Origin: Verrucomicrobiota bacterium
Lineage (GTDB): Bacteria > Verrucomicrobiota > Verrucomicrobiia > Limisphaerales > SXQI01
Assembly: GCA_033762115.1 (NCBI GenBank)
Contig: JANRLX010000093.1
Coordinates: 1-64,000, forward strand
Reading direction: 5' to 3'
DNA: 64,000 nucleotides
Shown: positions 1 to 10,675 of the stretch, in pieces
How the letters are laid out: each line of letters opens with the position of its first letter
Numbering within the stretch: position 1 is the stretch's first letter
Program-made: the position numbers and the translations under genes
The notes under the pieces: model-generated
Told to the model about the DNA's origin: nothing
What the model saw: only the letters and a program-made list of their open reading frames with translations
The model's database searches: none

Positions 1-39
1 ATTTTGGCATTCAGTTCCGGCGGTGCATCATTGAAGGAT

Positions 40-2028
40 ATGAGCAGTTTGCCTGGTTACTTCAGCAACGTGGACGAGCGCCTTTTTCAGGTTCGCACCA
101 AAGCGGCGGGACCTCAGGGCAAACTTCCCCTTACAGCCGAGTTTCTTCTCGAGCGCCCCAGTGGTGACATTTTCGGCATGACCCAAAATGCCGGCATGGG
201 CTGGGCCCCCGCTGAGCTGGGTCGCAAACAGTTCCTCATTCTCAGCACCCAGGGAGGGATGCGGGCGCCAGATGGCACTCCCATCGCGTTGGGGTACCAC
301 ACCGGCCATTGGGAAATCGGGTTGCTGGTCAAAGCTGCTGCTGAAGAACTGCGCCGCCTCAAGACGCTGCCTTTCGCTGCTTTCTGTTCTGATCCCTGTG
401 ACGGTCGCACCCAGGGCACGACCGGCATGTTCGACAGCCTTCCTTACCGGAACGATGCTGCCATTCTTTTCCGTCGGCTGGCTCGTTCCCTGCCCACCCG
501 TGCCGGGGTCATGGGTGTTGCCACCTGTGATAAAGGACTTCCTGCGATGATGATGGCGCTTGCCGGATTAAAAAATCTTCCTGCCATTCTTGTTCCCGGC
601 GGCGTCACGTTGCCTCCCGTTGCAGGTGAGGATGCAGGCAAGGTGCAGACCCTTGGCGTTCGTTACGCGCACGGGTTGATCTCCCTGGAAGAAGCTGCGG
701 AACTGGGCTGCCGCGCCTGCGGAACACCAGGGGGCGGCTGTCAGTTTCTCGGTACTGCCGCCACCTCACAGGTCGTTGGGGAAGCGCTTGGACTTTCCCT
801 GCCTCATTCCGCGCTTGCCCCTTCCGGTGAACCGGTCTGGCTTGATCTGGCGATTCAATCCGCCCGTGCGCTCGTTCAGATGGAGGAGCGGCGCATTACC
901 ATCCAACAGATTCTCACTCCAGCCAGTATCCGAAATGCCATGGCGGTCCATGCGGCTTTTGGCGGGTCCACCAATTTACTTCTGCACATCCCTGCGATTG
1001 CCCATGCCGCAGGGTTGCCGCGCCCCACCGTTGCAGACTGGAATGAAATCAACCGCCGGGTGCCCAGAATTGTGGATGTGCTTCCCAATGGTCCACAGCA
1101 TCATCCCACCGTCCGCGCGTTTCTTGCAGGCGGGGTCCCGGAAGTCATGCTTCACCTCTGCGAAATCGGGTTGTTGGATAGTTCCGTATTGACTGTTGCG
1201 GGCATGACTCTCGGTGAAATTCTCGATCAATGGAGTAGTTCGCCTCGTCGGGAAAAATTCCGTTCCCTGCTCCTTGAGATGGATGGGGTCGCGCCGGAGG
1301 ATGTCATCATGTCACCCGCCCAGGCTCGTGCCCGCGGACTCACCAGCGCTGTCACTTTTCCCATGGGCAACATCGCGCCGCAAGGCTCGGTTATTAAAAG
1401 CACTGCCATCGATCCAACGGTGGTCGATGCCGATGGAGTCTATCGCAAGCGGGGCCCTGCCCATGTTTTTCCCTCCGAATCCAGCGCGATTGCCGCCATT
1501 AAAAAAGGTGCCATCAAGGAAGGGGATATCATCGTGCTTATTGGTTGCGGCCCTATCGGTACCGGCATGGAGGAAACGTATCAATTGACCTCCGCGCTTA
1601 AACATCTGCCTTACGGGAAGCAGGTCGCCCTTATAACGGATGCCCGGTTTTCGGGGGTTTCCACCGGGGCGTGCATTGGCCATGTCGGCCCGGAGGCTCT
1701 CGCCGGTGGGCCTATCGGCAAGGTCAGGGATGGAGATATCCTTGAAATTATTATTGACCGCAACCAACTGCACGGCTCGATTAATTTGGTTGGGGATTCC
1801 AATGGCCCTCTTACCGAATCTGCCGCTCGCGATCTTCTTGCCACACGTCCCATCTACCCCGGCCTTGCACCGAACCCTGCCCTGCCAGATGACACACGCA
1901 TCTGGGCTGCTCTCCAGCAACTTGGCGGCGGCACATGGGGTGGCTGTGTTTACGATGCGGATGCGATCCTGCAATCACTTATTCCCCCGACCGCGACTCA
2001 CAGCGCATCCACTTTTTCCAACGCATAA
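40..2028 (+). CDS. YjhG/YagF-family D-xylonate dehydratase (IlvD/Edd superfamily)
   Basis: Motifs [48 protein letters not shown]. The ATG at 40 is preferred over the TTG at 4. Confidence 0.9.
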   Translation: MSSLPGYFSNVDERLFQVRTKAAGPQGKLPLTAEFLLERPSGDIFGMTQNAGMGWAPAELGRKQFLILSTQGGMRAPDGTPIALGYHTGHWEIGLLVKAAAEELRRLKTLPFAAFCSDPCDGRTQGTTGMFDSLPYRNDAAILFRRLARSLPTRAGVMGVATCDKGLPAMMMALAGLKNLPAILVPGGVTLPPVAGEDAGKVQTLGVRYAHGLISLEEAAELGCRACGTPGGGCQFLGTAATSQVVGEALGLSLPHSALAPSGEPVWLDLAIQSARALVQMEERRITIQQILTPASIRNAMAVHAAFGGSTNLLLHIPAIAHAAGLPRPTVADWNEINRRVPRIVDVLPNGPQHHPTVRAFLAGGVPEVMLHLCEIGLLDSSVLTVAGMTLGEILDQWSSSPRREKFRSLLLEMDGVAPEDVIMSPAQARARGLTSAVTFPMGNIAPQGSVIKSTAIDPTVVDADGVYRKRGPAHVFPSESSAIAAIKKGAIKEGDIIVLIGCGPIGTGMEETYQLTSALKHLPYGKQVALITDARFSGVSTGACIGHVGPEALAGGPIGKVRDGDILEIIIDRNQLHGSINLVGDSNGPLTESAARDLLATRPIYPGLAPNPALPDDTRIWAALQQLGGGTWGGCVYDADAILQSLIPPTATHSASTFSNA

Positions 2029-2744
2029 ACCTTCACATCCACACCATCGGAGGCTTGTGCCAGCGCCACCTCCCCTCGGGGTTGAAAACCGTTCAAGCGC
2101 AACATCACCTGATCTGCCGTAAACGTTTCGACTTTCCGGACTGGATACGGCTGGTGATGAATTCTGCCGAGGTAAAGCTGTTCGCCAGCGGCGGCGAACA
2201 GAAGGTACCGCTCAATCAGGAAATATTCCAGTGATCCTGACTCCGCAAAGTAAGGATCACCAGTTGTTTTCCAGAAATAAGTGCCTGGTTCGGTGGTCCC
2301 TTTCCTTAAGCAGCTGAATTCGATCCCACCATCCTCCCGCAACCCTCCCGCCATTTTCGCGTCCTCATAATTCAGATGAAAAAATCCACGCGCTGCTTTC
2401 ACCGCAAGAAATTGATTGCAATCCAGCGAGTAGAACCAGACTCCGGGCCGCCCGAGTCGGTCATGCACATAGGTGCGTACGTTCAATTCCAGAAAATTTG
2501 AGATCCCCGGCACTGCCGGAACGCTGACCGGTCGCACGTTCCGCATGAATAAAGGAGTTACGGTCAGGAACGCTTGTTCCTCATAAGTATCCACGAACAA
2601 GCCATTGGGCAATGTCGCCTGGATGGTTGTCGCATCCATTTCCCAATGAAGGAACAGCAGGTCCCTCCATTGTTGATACATGATCGGTAGCCGATCTGGT
2701 TCCACCCTTACCGCTGCCCGTTGTTCCAAACTCGGCCTGTTCAT
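1998..2744 (-). CDS. DUF2071/YqjF family protein
   Basis: [38 protein letters not shown] motifs. 3' end overlaps the dehydratase by 31 nt. Confidence 0.85.
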   Translation of the reverse strand: MNRPSLEQRAAVRVEPDRLPIMYQQWRDLLFLHWEMDATTIQATLPNGLFVDTYEEQAFLTVTPLFMRNVRPVSVPAVPGISNFLELNVRTYVHDRLGRPGVWFYSLDCNQFLAVKAARGFFHLNYEDAKMAGGLREDGGIEFSCLRKGTTEPGTYFWKTTGDPYFAESGSLEYFLIERYLLFAAAGEQLYLGRIHHQPYPVRKVETFTADQVMLRLNGFQPRGEVALAQASDGVDVKVYALEKVDAL

Positions 2745-2905
2745 CTTCGCCCTCCCTTGCGTTCTCTCAATCTACATCCCGCGAAATACCGGTTCCAATT
2801 CCGTAAACCCTGACTTTAACTTCAGAGTCTCTCCCGATTGCCTCAATCAGGATTACAAACAATAAAAAGGAAGGTTACTTTCTCCTGCGGGAGATCGAAT
2901 GTCAT

Positions 2906-3109
2906 GTGGAAAATAGTGCTGCTGCAATGATTAAGAACAGTAAATGGCCCGGTTTGTCCGGGGTGAGCTTATCTGATTTGAGCCTGATGGAAATTCATGG
3001 GCCGACCCGTTCTTCGGGGAGCTCGGTGGATTACACCATCTCTGATGAGATTGCCCGGTATGCAGCCCGGAAGATACGTTTTCTTAAAAAGAACCGTCGC
3101 ATCCTTTAA
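2906..3109 (+). CDS. small hypothetical protein (start uncertain; ATG at 2927 possible)
   Basis: Fills an otherwise empty gap, has a basic C-terminus and is followed by a + strand terminator. No recognisable family. Confidence 0.35.
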   Translation: MENSAAAMIKNSKWPGLSGVSLSDLSLMEIHGPTRSSGSSVDYTISDEIARYAARKIRFLKKNRRIL

Positions 3110-3231
3110 TATTTGACCCGATTCCGGCTTGATTAATTGGAATATATCCTGTAATCAGCATTTCAAGATAAACCCAGAATCCAAACGGTCCATTGTTTGA
3201 GACAATTTCCTGCTGAGTTATCCAGACTCGG

Positions 3232-3256
3232 AAAGCCGCCTTCGGGCGGCTTTTTT
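3232..3256 (+). terminator. intrinsic terminator
   Basis: AAAGCCGCC-TTCG-GGCGGCTTT followed by further Ts. Confidence 0.85.
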
Positions 3257-3305
3257 GCAGGCATTGCCGTGCGGGCTTTCAAACTGTAATATTGGGAAAT
3301 CGGCT

Positions 3306-4754
3306 ATGCCCAGGACGCCTATTGTTGATTTCAAAAAAATTCAGGAATTCCTGGACGAAAATGATTTGGCGCGACAGGACCAGAAAAAAGTCGCTCCGTT
3401 GCGTCGCTTCGCACATTTCTGGTATCTTGTTGGAAAAAGTTTCATAAAAAATCGTGGGCCTGTCCGTGCTTCCTCCCTGGCTTACACCACTCTTTTGGCC
3501 CTGATTCCCATGCTCGCGGTCGCGCTGAGCATCAGCACCGGGATTTTGAAAAAGGATGCGGACAAACATATCAACCAGCTGATTGAAACCGGGATTAATA
3601 CCTTTGCTCCCGCGCTTGGGCTGACTACTCAAAGCGATGCCGAGGAAGCTTCCATTGAAAGAGCCCGCGTTGCGCGTGAAATCATTTCCTATGTCGAAAA
3701 CATCCACAGCGGCAAGCTTGGGGCCACGGCTGCGCTTGCACTTCTGTTTGTGGGCATTTCGATGTTAAGCACCATCGAAGCGACCTTTAACGACATGTGG
3801 GGAGTCAACCAGGGCAGGTCCTGGTTTGCTCGCATTGTGCAGTATTGGGCTGTCATTACCCTGGGATTTCCTTTCATGATTGCCGCGGTGGGCCTGACCA
3901 GTAGCGGCCAGATCAAGGAAACGCGTGATTGGCTGGCAAAGGTCGACATGGTTGGACCATTCATGTTCAATTTCATGATTCCCTTCACCATGTTGTCGCT
4001 GGTCTGCACCGTTTTTTACAAACTGATGCCTCATACCCGTGTTCACTGGAGGGCCGCTTTTACGGGTGGTGTGCTTGCCGGGTTCCTCCTCCAGTTAAAT
4101 ACCCTGTCCAGCACCCTGTATGCCTCGAAGGTTGTGACTTACAGCAAGATTTACGGCAGTCTTGGGGTTGTTCCCCTCTTTCTGGTCAGCCTTTACTTTG
4201 CATGGTTGATCCTGCTGTTTGGGGCGCAGGTTGCTTACGCGTTTCAGAACCGGCTCGCCTATCTGCAGGAACGGCAAACGGAAGCCATCAACCAGCGCGG
4301 CCGGGAATTCGTCGCCACCCGCGTCATGGCCTTGATCGCCCAGCGTTTCCTGCGTGGGGAGCAGCCCCCATCCCGCCTCGAACTGGCTGCCCTGTTGGGA
4401 GTTCCCTCGCAACTGCTTCACCAGTTAATTGCCTGCATGACCAAGGCAAAACTTATTGTTGAAGTCGCTGCTGATGAAACCCGGTTTTCACCTGCGCGTC
4501 CTGTGGAGCGGATCACCCTGGAAAGTCTGCTTACCGCCTTGCGGGCGGGCAATGGAGAGGAACTTGCCACCACGGACGACATGAGCCGAGCGGTCATTCG
4601 AGAGGAGTATGAGCGTGTGCTGCTTGCGGAGATGGAAGCAGGCGCACGGGTGAATTTTCGCACCCTCGCCGAGCGTTTAGATGAACTTTCCAAACCGGCC
4701 ACCCCATTGCAATCACGCATTCCCACCTCATCCGCCGCCGGGCCAGTGCCATGA
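3306..4754 (+). CDS. YihY/BrkB family membrane protein with C-terminal Rrf2-like winged HTH
   Basis: ASSLAYTTLLALIP, IEATFNDMW, YSKIYGSLG..P, WLILLFGA motifs. Soluble C-terminal HTH-like region. Confidence 0.85.
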   Translation: MPRTPIVDFKKIQEFLDENDLARQDQKKVAPLRRFAHFWYLVGKSFIKNRGPVRASSLAYTTLLALIPMLAVALSISTGILKKDADKHINQLIETGINTFAPALGLTTQSDAEEASIERARVAREIISYVENIHSGKLGATAALALLFVGISMLSTIEATFNDMWGVNQGRSWFARIVQYWAVITLGFPFMIAAVGLTSSGQIKETRDWLAKVDMVGPFMFNFMIPFTMLSLVCTVFYKLMPHTRVHWRAAFTGGVLAGFLLQLNTLSSTLYASKVVTYSKIYGSLGVVPLFLVSLYFAWLILLFGAQVAYAFQNRLAYLQERQTEAINQRGREFVATRVMALIAQRFLRGEQPPSRLELAALLGVPSQLLHQLIACMTKAKLIVEVAADETRFSPARPVERITLESLLTALRAGNGEELATTDDMSRAVIREEYERVLLAEMEAGARVNFRTLAERLDELSKPATPLQSRIPTSSAAGPVP

Positions 4755-4804
4755 ACTTAAACCTGTTCTTGAGGCGCACCCGTTTTTAGGCAAGCGTAGC
4801 AGCA

Positions 4805-5467
4805 ATGGATTTTCAGAATTCAGTCATGCAGGGTCTGGTCAGCTATCTGTGCTTTATTCCTGTCCTCACATTTCATGAGTTTGCCCATGCCTGGATGGCG
4901 GATAAATGCGGGGATGATACCGCCAGGCTCCAGGGCCGTGTCTCCCTGAATCCCGCGGTTCATATTGATCCGATCGGCACGATTGCCCTGCCTCTTCTCG
5001 CGATTTTTTTGAGCGCGGGAGGGAGCGCTCTTTCCGGGTTTATCATTGGCTGGGGCAAGCCTGTTCCGGTCAACCTTAACAACCTTTCCAAGCCACGCCT
5101 GCACGATACGCTTATCTCCATGGCCGGGCCCGCAATGAATATTCTCATTGCAATTGTCCTGATGCCGCTCTTCTTTGCCGGGCTTAAGCTCGAATCGGAG
5201 GTCATGGTTGAATCGGTTCAAATGCTGATTTTCGTCAGCCTTTTTCTTTGTTGGTTTAACATGCTTCCCATTCCTCCCCTGGATGGTTCACATCTCATGA
5301 AACATGCGACCAACATGAGTTACGAAACCTACTTCAATCTCGCCCGTTACGGTTTTCTCATTCTCATCCTGGTTATTAATTTTACTCCAGTGCGGGAATG
5401 GATTGCGACGGTGACAGTTTATTCCTTCCAGATCATCGCGCTCCCTTTTGCGCTGCTCTTTCGTTAA
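4805..5467 (+). CDS. site-2 protease (M50) family membrane metalloprotease
   Basis: HEFAH zinc motif, AGPAMN, FNMLPIPPLDG. Confidence 0.92.
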   Translation: MDFQNSVMQGLVSYLCFIPVLTFHEFAHAWMADKCGDDTARLQGRVSLNPAVHIDPIGTIALPLLAIFLSAGGSALSGFIIGWGKPVPVNLNNLSKPRLHDTLISMAGPAMNILIAIVLMPLFFAGLKLESEVMVESVQMLIFVSLFLCWFNMLPIPPLDGSHLMKHATNMSYETYFNLARYGFLILILVINFTPVREWIATVTVYSFQIIALPFALLFR

Positions 5468-5470
5468 TTT

Positions 5471-6190
5471 ATGATGACCATTTCCAGAAAAACATTCGCA
5501 GATCACGGCTTCGCCGGGCGCCTGATTGCTGTGGAAGGCCTGGATGGTTCAGGCAAATCCACGCAAATTTATCTACTTAAGCGATGGCTTGAGCTCCAGG
5601 GTCACAAGGTTTTTTTCAGTGAGTGGAACTCCTCCGCGCTCGTAAAAAGCGCCACCAGCAAAGGGAAGAAGCGGGAACTCCTGACGCCAACCACTTTCAG
5701 CCTCATCCACGCCACCGATTTTGCTGATCGTTACGAACGCCAGCTCGTGCCACTGCTTCGAGCAGGTTACATCGTCCTTTGTGATCGATACATTTTTACT
5801 GCGTTTGCCCGTGACGTGGTTCGTGGCTGTCCTCCGGCCTGGGTGCGGGGCATTTATAATTTCGCCGCCCTTCCTGACCTCACCTTCTTCTTTCGCGCTG
5901 ATTTGCAGGTTTCTCTCCAGCGCATTCTGGATGGCAGGCCGGAACTGAAATATTTTGAAGCAGGGATGGACCTGCATCTTTCGACCAATCCTTATGAAAG
6001 TTTCCGCATTTTTCAGGGTCGCATCCTGGAGCAGTACCTTGCGATGAGCACCGAGTTTGATTTTCTCGTCATCAATGCCAATGAACGTGTTGAAGTTCAG
6101 CAGCAGATCGTCCGTCAGCTTGTTCAATCCAAAATCGATCTTGGTAATTTCATCCAGCATCACCCCATTCGAACGGAAGCCCGCCGATGA
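5471..6190 (+). CDS. thymidylate-kinase-fold P-loop kinase, paralogue 1
   Basis: VEGLDGSGKST P-loop and CDRY motif. Lacks the canonical Tmk REP motif. Confidence 0.85.
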   Translation: MMTISRKTFADHGFAGRLIAVEGLDGSGKSTQIYLLKRWLELQGHKVFFSEWNSSALVKSATSKGKKRELLTPTTFSLIHATDFADRYERQLVPLLRAGYIVLCDRYIFTAFARDVVRGCPPAWVRGIYNFAALPDLTFFFRADLQVSLQRILDGRPELKYFEAGMDLHLSTNPYESFRIFQGRILEQYLAMSTEFDFLVINANERVEVQQQIVRQLVQSKIDLGNFIQHHPIRTEARR

Positions 6191-6930
6191 AAAAATCACC
6201 CCGCAAACAGCAACAGGGCATTCTCATCCCCTCCGCCAGCCCCAAACGTTTTTACGGCCATGGCATCCCAGGGGTGGATCTGAAAAAACTCACGGGCAAA
6301 CTCATTGTGGTCGAGGGAGCAGATGGTTCCGGCCGCTCCACCCAGATCATCAAACTTGTCGAATGGCTTGAACAAACTGGCCATGCCACTGTCCAGGTAG
6401 GCCTCAAACGCTCCACTCTGGTCAGTGAAGAACTGGAGCAGGCGCAGCAGGGAAACATCTTGAGCCGCATCACCCTGAGCCTGTTTTACGCCACGGACTT
6501 TGCGGATCAGATTGAAAATATTATCCTCCCCGCGCTCAAGGCTGGGTTCATGGTCCTTGCTGATCGTTACATTTACACTCTGATGGTGCGCGACATGGTT
6601 CGCGGGATGGATGAACAATGGCTCAAGAATCTTTACGGCATGGCCATTGTTCCTGATGCTGTTTTTTACCTCAACGTGCTTCCTGAAGAACTCGTTCAGC
6701 GGAACTTTGCCAAAAACCATGCCCTTGATTATTGGGAAAGTGGGATGGACCTGGGCCTTTCGCGCGACATGTTCGATAGTTTCATGAAGTATCAAGCCCT
6801 TGTGCAGGAACAATTCAAACGCATTCAATCAACCTACGGCTTTACGATTGTGGATGCCAATCGCTCTTCTGATGAAATTAACCAGGAACTGCGGGTGAAA
6901 ATTGAGTCTGTCCTGGCGGGCAGGGAATAA
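6187..6930 (+). CDS. thymidylate-kinase-fold P-loop kinase, paralogue 2 (Walker A K->R)
   Basis: VEGADGSGRST and ADRY. ATGA overlap with paralogue 1. Confidence 0.85.
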   Translation: MKKSPRKQQQGILIPSASPKRFYGHGIPGVDLKKLTGKLIVVEGADGSGRSTQIIKLVEWLEQTGHATVQVGLKRSTLVSEELEQAQQGNILSRITLSLFYATDFADQIENIILPALKAGFMVLADRYIYTLMVRDMVRGMDEQWLKNLYGMAIVPDAVFYLNVLPEELVQRNFAKNHALDYWESGMDLGLSRDMFDSFMKYQALVQEQFKRIQSTYGFTIVDANRSSDEINQELRVKIESVLAGRE

Positions 6931-7026
6931 ATCGTTGGAACCCCGGAGAGGCTGCGCACTGGCAGGCTGTGATTCGCCTTTACGGTTGGCCCTGCGTGAC
7001 GTAGATTACGGGGCTTCGATTATTTT

Positions 7027-7197
7027 ATGAATGCCATGTTAGCGTTCCTCAACGGGTGGGAAGCCGCCGCGATAGTTGTGGTGGTAATGCTCCTTTTCGG
7101 TGCCAGGAAGCTCCCGGAACTTGCCAGGGGTTTGGGCAGGGGAATTACCGAATTCAAGAAAGCCAGCGGCGAAACTCAAGATGATTTAAAACCATGA
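7027..7197 (+). CDS. tatA: twin-arginine translocase TatA/E subunit, 56 aa (absent from ORF track)
   Basis: Manual translation [59 protein letters not shown] overlaps the ATG of the next tatA. Confidence 0.9.
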   Translation: MNAMLAFLNGWEAAAIVVVVMLLFGARKLPELARGLGRGITEFKKASGETQDDLKP

Positions 7198-7505
7198 ACG
7201 CTCCCATCCCATTCATGTTAGCCTGGCTAAACGGCTGGGAAATTCTGGCCATCCTCGTGGTTGTACTTGTCCTTTTCGGGGCCAAAAAACTTCCGGAACT
7301 CGCCAAAGGCCTGGGTCAGGGGATCAAGGAATTCAAAAAATCCAGCCGCGAAATTACTGATGAGCTTCAGTCATCCATTGACATGGATGCTCCGCCGCCA
7401 GCACCTCGTCCCCATCCTTCGGACACACAGGCCCGCACTCCATCCACCTCCGGTCCTGTCTCCACGCCCGCCCATTCGGACTCCTCCCAGCAGCCCAAAC
7501 CCTGA
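7194..7505 (+). CDS. tatA: twin-arginine translocase TatA/B subunit
   Basis: TM helix plus [23 protein letters not shown] and a Pro/Ser-rich tail. Confidence 0.92.
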   Translation: MNAPIPFMLAWLNGWEILAILVVVLVLFGAKKLPELAKGLGQGIKEFKKSSREITDELQSSIDMDAPPPAPRPHPSDTQARTPSTSGPVSTPAHSDSSQQPKP

Positions 7506-7526
7506 ATTTCAGGCGGGGCATGACAC

Positions 7527-8342
7527 ATGGCTGATGAGGACGTAAAACCTTCCACCGTTCCCGAGGAGGAAGAAGGCGGCCCGGTAAAATCATTTCTCGA
7601 ACATCTCGAGGATCTTCGCTGGGTCTTGATACGAGTCATCGCTTCCATCGGGCTTGGCATGGCTGCGTGCATGGTTGCGGCTCCTCTGTTGGTCGAAATT
7701 ATCATTCTTCCCCTCACGGTTTCCGGTGTTGAAATTGACCTGGATCTCTTCGGGCCCATTGGCGGAATCGTGGTGATGATGAAAATCGCCCTTTGGGGAG
7801 GATTGACCCTCGCACTGCCATTCGTCCTTTTTTTCATTGCTCAATTTGTCATGCCCGCGTTGAAAAAAACGGAGCGTGTTTACTTTCGCCGTGCCTTTAT
7901 TATTGGAGGCGGCCTCTTCGTTATTGGCGCACTGATGGCCTATGCCCTCATCCTTCCCATATCCCTGAAGGGTCTTGTCCAGGTCAATGAATGGATGGGG
8001 TTACCCACGAAAACGTGGCGCGCTGAAGAATATTTTCAATTTGCCATCATGTTCATGGTTGGGATGGGGCTCAGCCTGGAAATTCCCGTGGTCATCCTGA
8101 CCCTCGTTCGCATCGGTGTCATTCCTTACGAACTTCTTATTAAAGGGCGTGTTTATTTCTTCATTGGCAACATGGTCCTTTGTGCCTTTATCACGCCGGA
8201 CGCGGTCAGCACCATTTTCATGGTTGTTCCCGTGCAGGTCCTCATGGAGATCTGCATTATCATCGCCCGGGGATGGGAAAAGAAACGGCGCATTGCGGAA
8301 GCGGCCACCCTTAAGCTGGGCAATCAAAACCTGGCGGATTAG
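7527..8342 (+). CDS. tatC: twin-arginine translocase TatC
   Basis: FLEHLEDLRW, QFVMPAL, EIPV, ITPD motifs. Multi-TM protein following tatA. Confidence 0.93.
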   Translation: MADEDVKPSTVPEEEEGGPVKSFLEHLEDLRWVLIRVIASIGLGMAACMVAAPLLVEIIILPLTVSGVEIDLDLFGPIGGIVVMMKIALWGGLTLALPFVLFFIAQFVMPALKKTERVYFRRAFIIGGGLFVIGALMAYALILPISLKGLVQVNEWMGLPTKTWRAEEYFQFAIMFMVGMGLSLEIPVVILTLVRIGVIPYELLIKGRVYFFIGNMVLCAFITPDAVSTIFMVVPVQVLMEICIIIARGWEKKRRIAEAATLKLGNQNLAD

Positions 8343-8439
8343 CCACGCTGATTCGGCATTTTCTGCTTTCATGAAAGGGTTCGCTTTGTTGACTGCTGGA
8401 TTGCACAAGAAATCCGGCGTGGAAAATCGTTGCGTGTGG

Positions 8440-8455
8440 TGGCACGGTTGTGGCT
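8440..8455 (+). promoter_or_regulatory. putative sigma54 (-24/-12) promoter
   Basis: TGGCACG-GTTG-TGGCT versus consensus TGGCACG-N4-TTGCW, with correct GG/GC spacing, upstream of acyP. Confidence 0.5.
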
Positions 8456-8534
8456 TGATTTCATGGTGTGGTGGCGGGTTGCCGGAACCCGCACTCAGCA
8501 ATCAGCGGGTATCAAGTTGAGGGCATCAGGACTT

Positions 8535-8813
8535 GTGAAAAAGGTTCGCCTGCGCATATTTTATACCGGGAGAGTGCAAGGGGTGGGCTTTCGTTACACC
8601 GCCAAACATACCGCACTTGGTTTTGAAGTAACCGGGACGGTTCGGAATCTGTCTGATGGCAGAGTGGAATTGGTAGCAGAAGGATCGAGGGACGAATTGG
8701 AAGCTTTCCAACAAGCCATTCGTGAATCGGGACTGGGCCATTTCATTAAGCATGAAGAGGTTGCATGGGAAGAAGCGAAATGCCAATTTCGCGGATTTGA
8801 GATTACGAGTTAA
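8535..8813 (+). CDS. acyP: acylphosphatase
   Basis: GRVQGVGFR and GTVRNLSDGRVE. The GTG at 8535 gives the typical ~92 aa length. Confidence 0.92.
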   Translation: MKKVRLRIFYTGRVQGVGFRYTAKHTALGFEVTGTVRNLSDGRVELVAEGSRDELEAFQQAIRESGLGHFIKHEEVAWEEAKCQFRGFEITS

Positions 8814-8831
8814 TGTGGTTGGGAAGTTAAA

Positions 8832-9554
8832 ATGAAGTACGCGATCATCGCTGACATTCATGCCAATTTAGAGGCGTTGCAGGTTGTGCTGGAAGATATC
8901 AAGGCACAAAAATGCACTCATTACGCCTGCCTGGGTGACGTTGTCGGTTACAATGCAAATCCCAAGGAATGCCTCGATATCATCCGGGGCATGGGAATGC
9001 CCTGTGTCAAAGGCAATCATGACGAGTATTGCTCCACCGAGAATGATCTCGAGGGATTCAACCCGCATGCGGCTGAGGCCATCAACTGGACCCGTGACCA
9101 ATTGACCCTTGATGATCGGCAATGGCTCCGGGACCTCAAATATATCCGTCTTGTCGCCAGTTTTTCGATTGTTCATGCCACCCTCGATGGACCTCAGCGC
9201 TGGGGTTATGTCTTTGACAAGCTTGCCGCCGCCGCCAGCCTCACCTACCAGAACACCAGTGTTTGCTTTTTCGGTCATACCCATGTGCCACTCGCATTCA
9301 TTCGGGATAGCGTGGTGCGCGGGGGCACCTATTCCAAATTCAAGGTCGAGCCGGGCAAAAAATATTTTGTGAATGTCGGCAGCGTCGGCCAGCCGCGTGA
9401 TGGGATCTGGCAGGCGGCTTACGTGGTTTATGACATGGTTGAGCAAACCATTGAATTGCGCCGGCTGGAATATGACATTGCCACGACGCAAAAGAAAATT
9501 CTGGAAGCGGGCCTCCCTTCCCGCCTGGCTGAACGCCTTGCCCAGGGCCGATAA
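8832..9554 (+). CDS. calcineurin-like metallophosphoesterase
   Basis: DIHAN, LGDVVGY, GNHD, GHTH, NVGSVGQPRDG motifs. Confidence 0.9.
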   Translation: MKYAIIADIHANLEALQVVLEDIKAQKCTHYACLGDVVGYNANPKECLDIIRGMGMPCVKGNHDEYCSTENDLEGFNPHAAEAINWTRDQLTLDDRQWLRDLKYIRLVASFSIVHATLDGPQRWGYVFDKLAAAASLTYQNTSVCFFGHTHVPLAFIRDSVVRGGTYSKFKVEPGKKYFVNVGSVGQPRDGIWQAAYVVYDMVEQTIELRRLEYDIATTQKKILEAGLPSRLAERLAQGR

Positions 9555-9571
9555 GCATTGCTCGTTGCTGC

Positions 9572-10612
9572 TTGAAAATTCTGATCCTGAAGCCCAGCTC
9601 CCTGGGTGACGTGGTGCAGGCGCTTCCGGTGCTGCGCCTGCTTCGCCTGCATTATCCCAAAGCGTACATCGCCTGGTGGATCGCGGAAAATCTGGCAGAC
9701 CTTCTCCGGGAGGACCCGGATATTGACGAGATGTTTCTTTTCAAACGGTCCCGTTACACCCAACCGGCGTGCTGGCCCGATATTATTCGCGATCTGCATG
9801 CCATTCGCTCCCGGAAGTTCGATCTCGTGATTGACCTGCAAAGTCTCGCCCGGAGCGGTACCATCGCATGGCTGGCCAATGGTGGCATGTTGGTGGGGCT
9901 TGAGGACCGCCGTGAAGGAGCTCACGGGTATTATGATCGGGCCACCCCGCGCCCCAGTCAGCAGACTCATGCCGTGGATTGGTACCTTCAGGTATTGACA
10001 GATTTGGGAATCCCGATCACTGGCCAGTTTGAGTGGTTGCCACGCAAACAAAGAGGGGTGGAAAAGATCGAAAAAATTTTACCTGAGAATCAGCCGCTCA
10101 TTTTGTTAAATCCAGGCGCGCGCTGGGAAAACAAGCGCTGGCCGACCAGCCATTTTGCGGAGGTGGCGGCATTTCTCGCAGGGGATCATCCCGCAGCGAC
10201 CATCGCCATTCTCGGGGGAAAAGAGGACAATAGTTTGGCAGAGGAAATCCAGTCGCAGGCTCCCTCAGTGCGGTTCCTTAACCTGGCCGGTAAAACGCCT
10301 TTGGTGGAATTGATCGAATGGATTCGCCGTGGGGACGTGATGATCAGCAATGACACAGGCCCCATGCATATTGCCGCTGCGGTAAGAACGCCGGTCGTTG
10401 CGCTGTTTGGTCCCACGTCGGAGTTGCGCACTGGTCCCTATGGGCAATTGGGAAACGTCCTGCGTCTTTCGCTGCCGTGTGCCCCGTGCATGAAACCAAA
10501 ATGCCACTGGCCCGAAAGAATCGCCTGTCTCAATCGTATCACCCCCGCAACCGTGGCTGAATCAGCAAGTCGCCTGCTTAAATCTCCAGCAGGGAAATAT
10601 TCAAGCCGCTGA
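9572..10612 (+). CDS. glycosyltransferase family 9 (LPS heptosyltransferase WaaC/WaaF-like)
   Basis: SSLGDVV, DLQSL, NPGARWENKRWP, NDTGPMHIAAA..TP..ALFGPT. Confidence 0.9.
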   Translation: MKILILKPSSLGDVVQALPVLRLLRLHYPKAYIAWWIAENLADLLREDPDIDEMFLFKRSRYTQPACWPDIIRDLHAIRSRKFDLVIDLQSLARSGTIAWLANGGMLVGLEDRREGAHGYYDRATPRPSQQTHAVDWYLQVLTDLGIPITGQFEWLPRKQRGVEKIEKILPENQPLILLNPGARWENKRWPTSHFAEVAAFLAGDHPAATIAILGGKEDNSLAEEIQSQAPSVRFLNLAGKTPLVELIEWIRRGDVMISNDTGPMHIAAAVRTPVVALFGPTSELRTGPYGQLGNVLRLSLPCAPCMKPKCHWPERIACLNRITPATVAESASRLLKSPAGKYSSR

Positions 10613-10675
10613 TAATTTCCAGCAAACTACTCTCATTCAGAAATCTGTGGAGAGAGGCTGATCCCAAGTTCAGCG

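Noticed and set aside
1312..1974. Long antisense ORFs (also 5573-6199, 6196-6828, 8868-9491, 12972-13574, 15009-15689, 35801-36463)
   Set aside because: Shadows of well-supported genes on the opposite strand, with no recognisable motifs.
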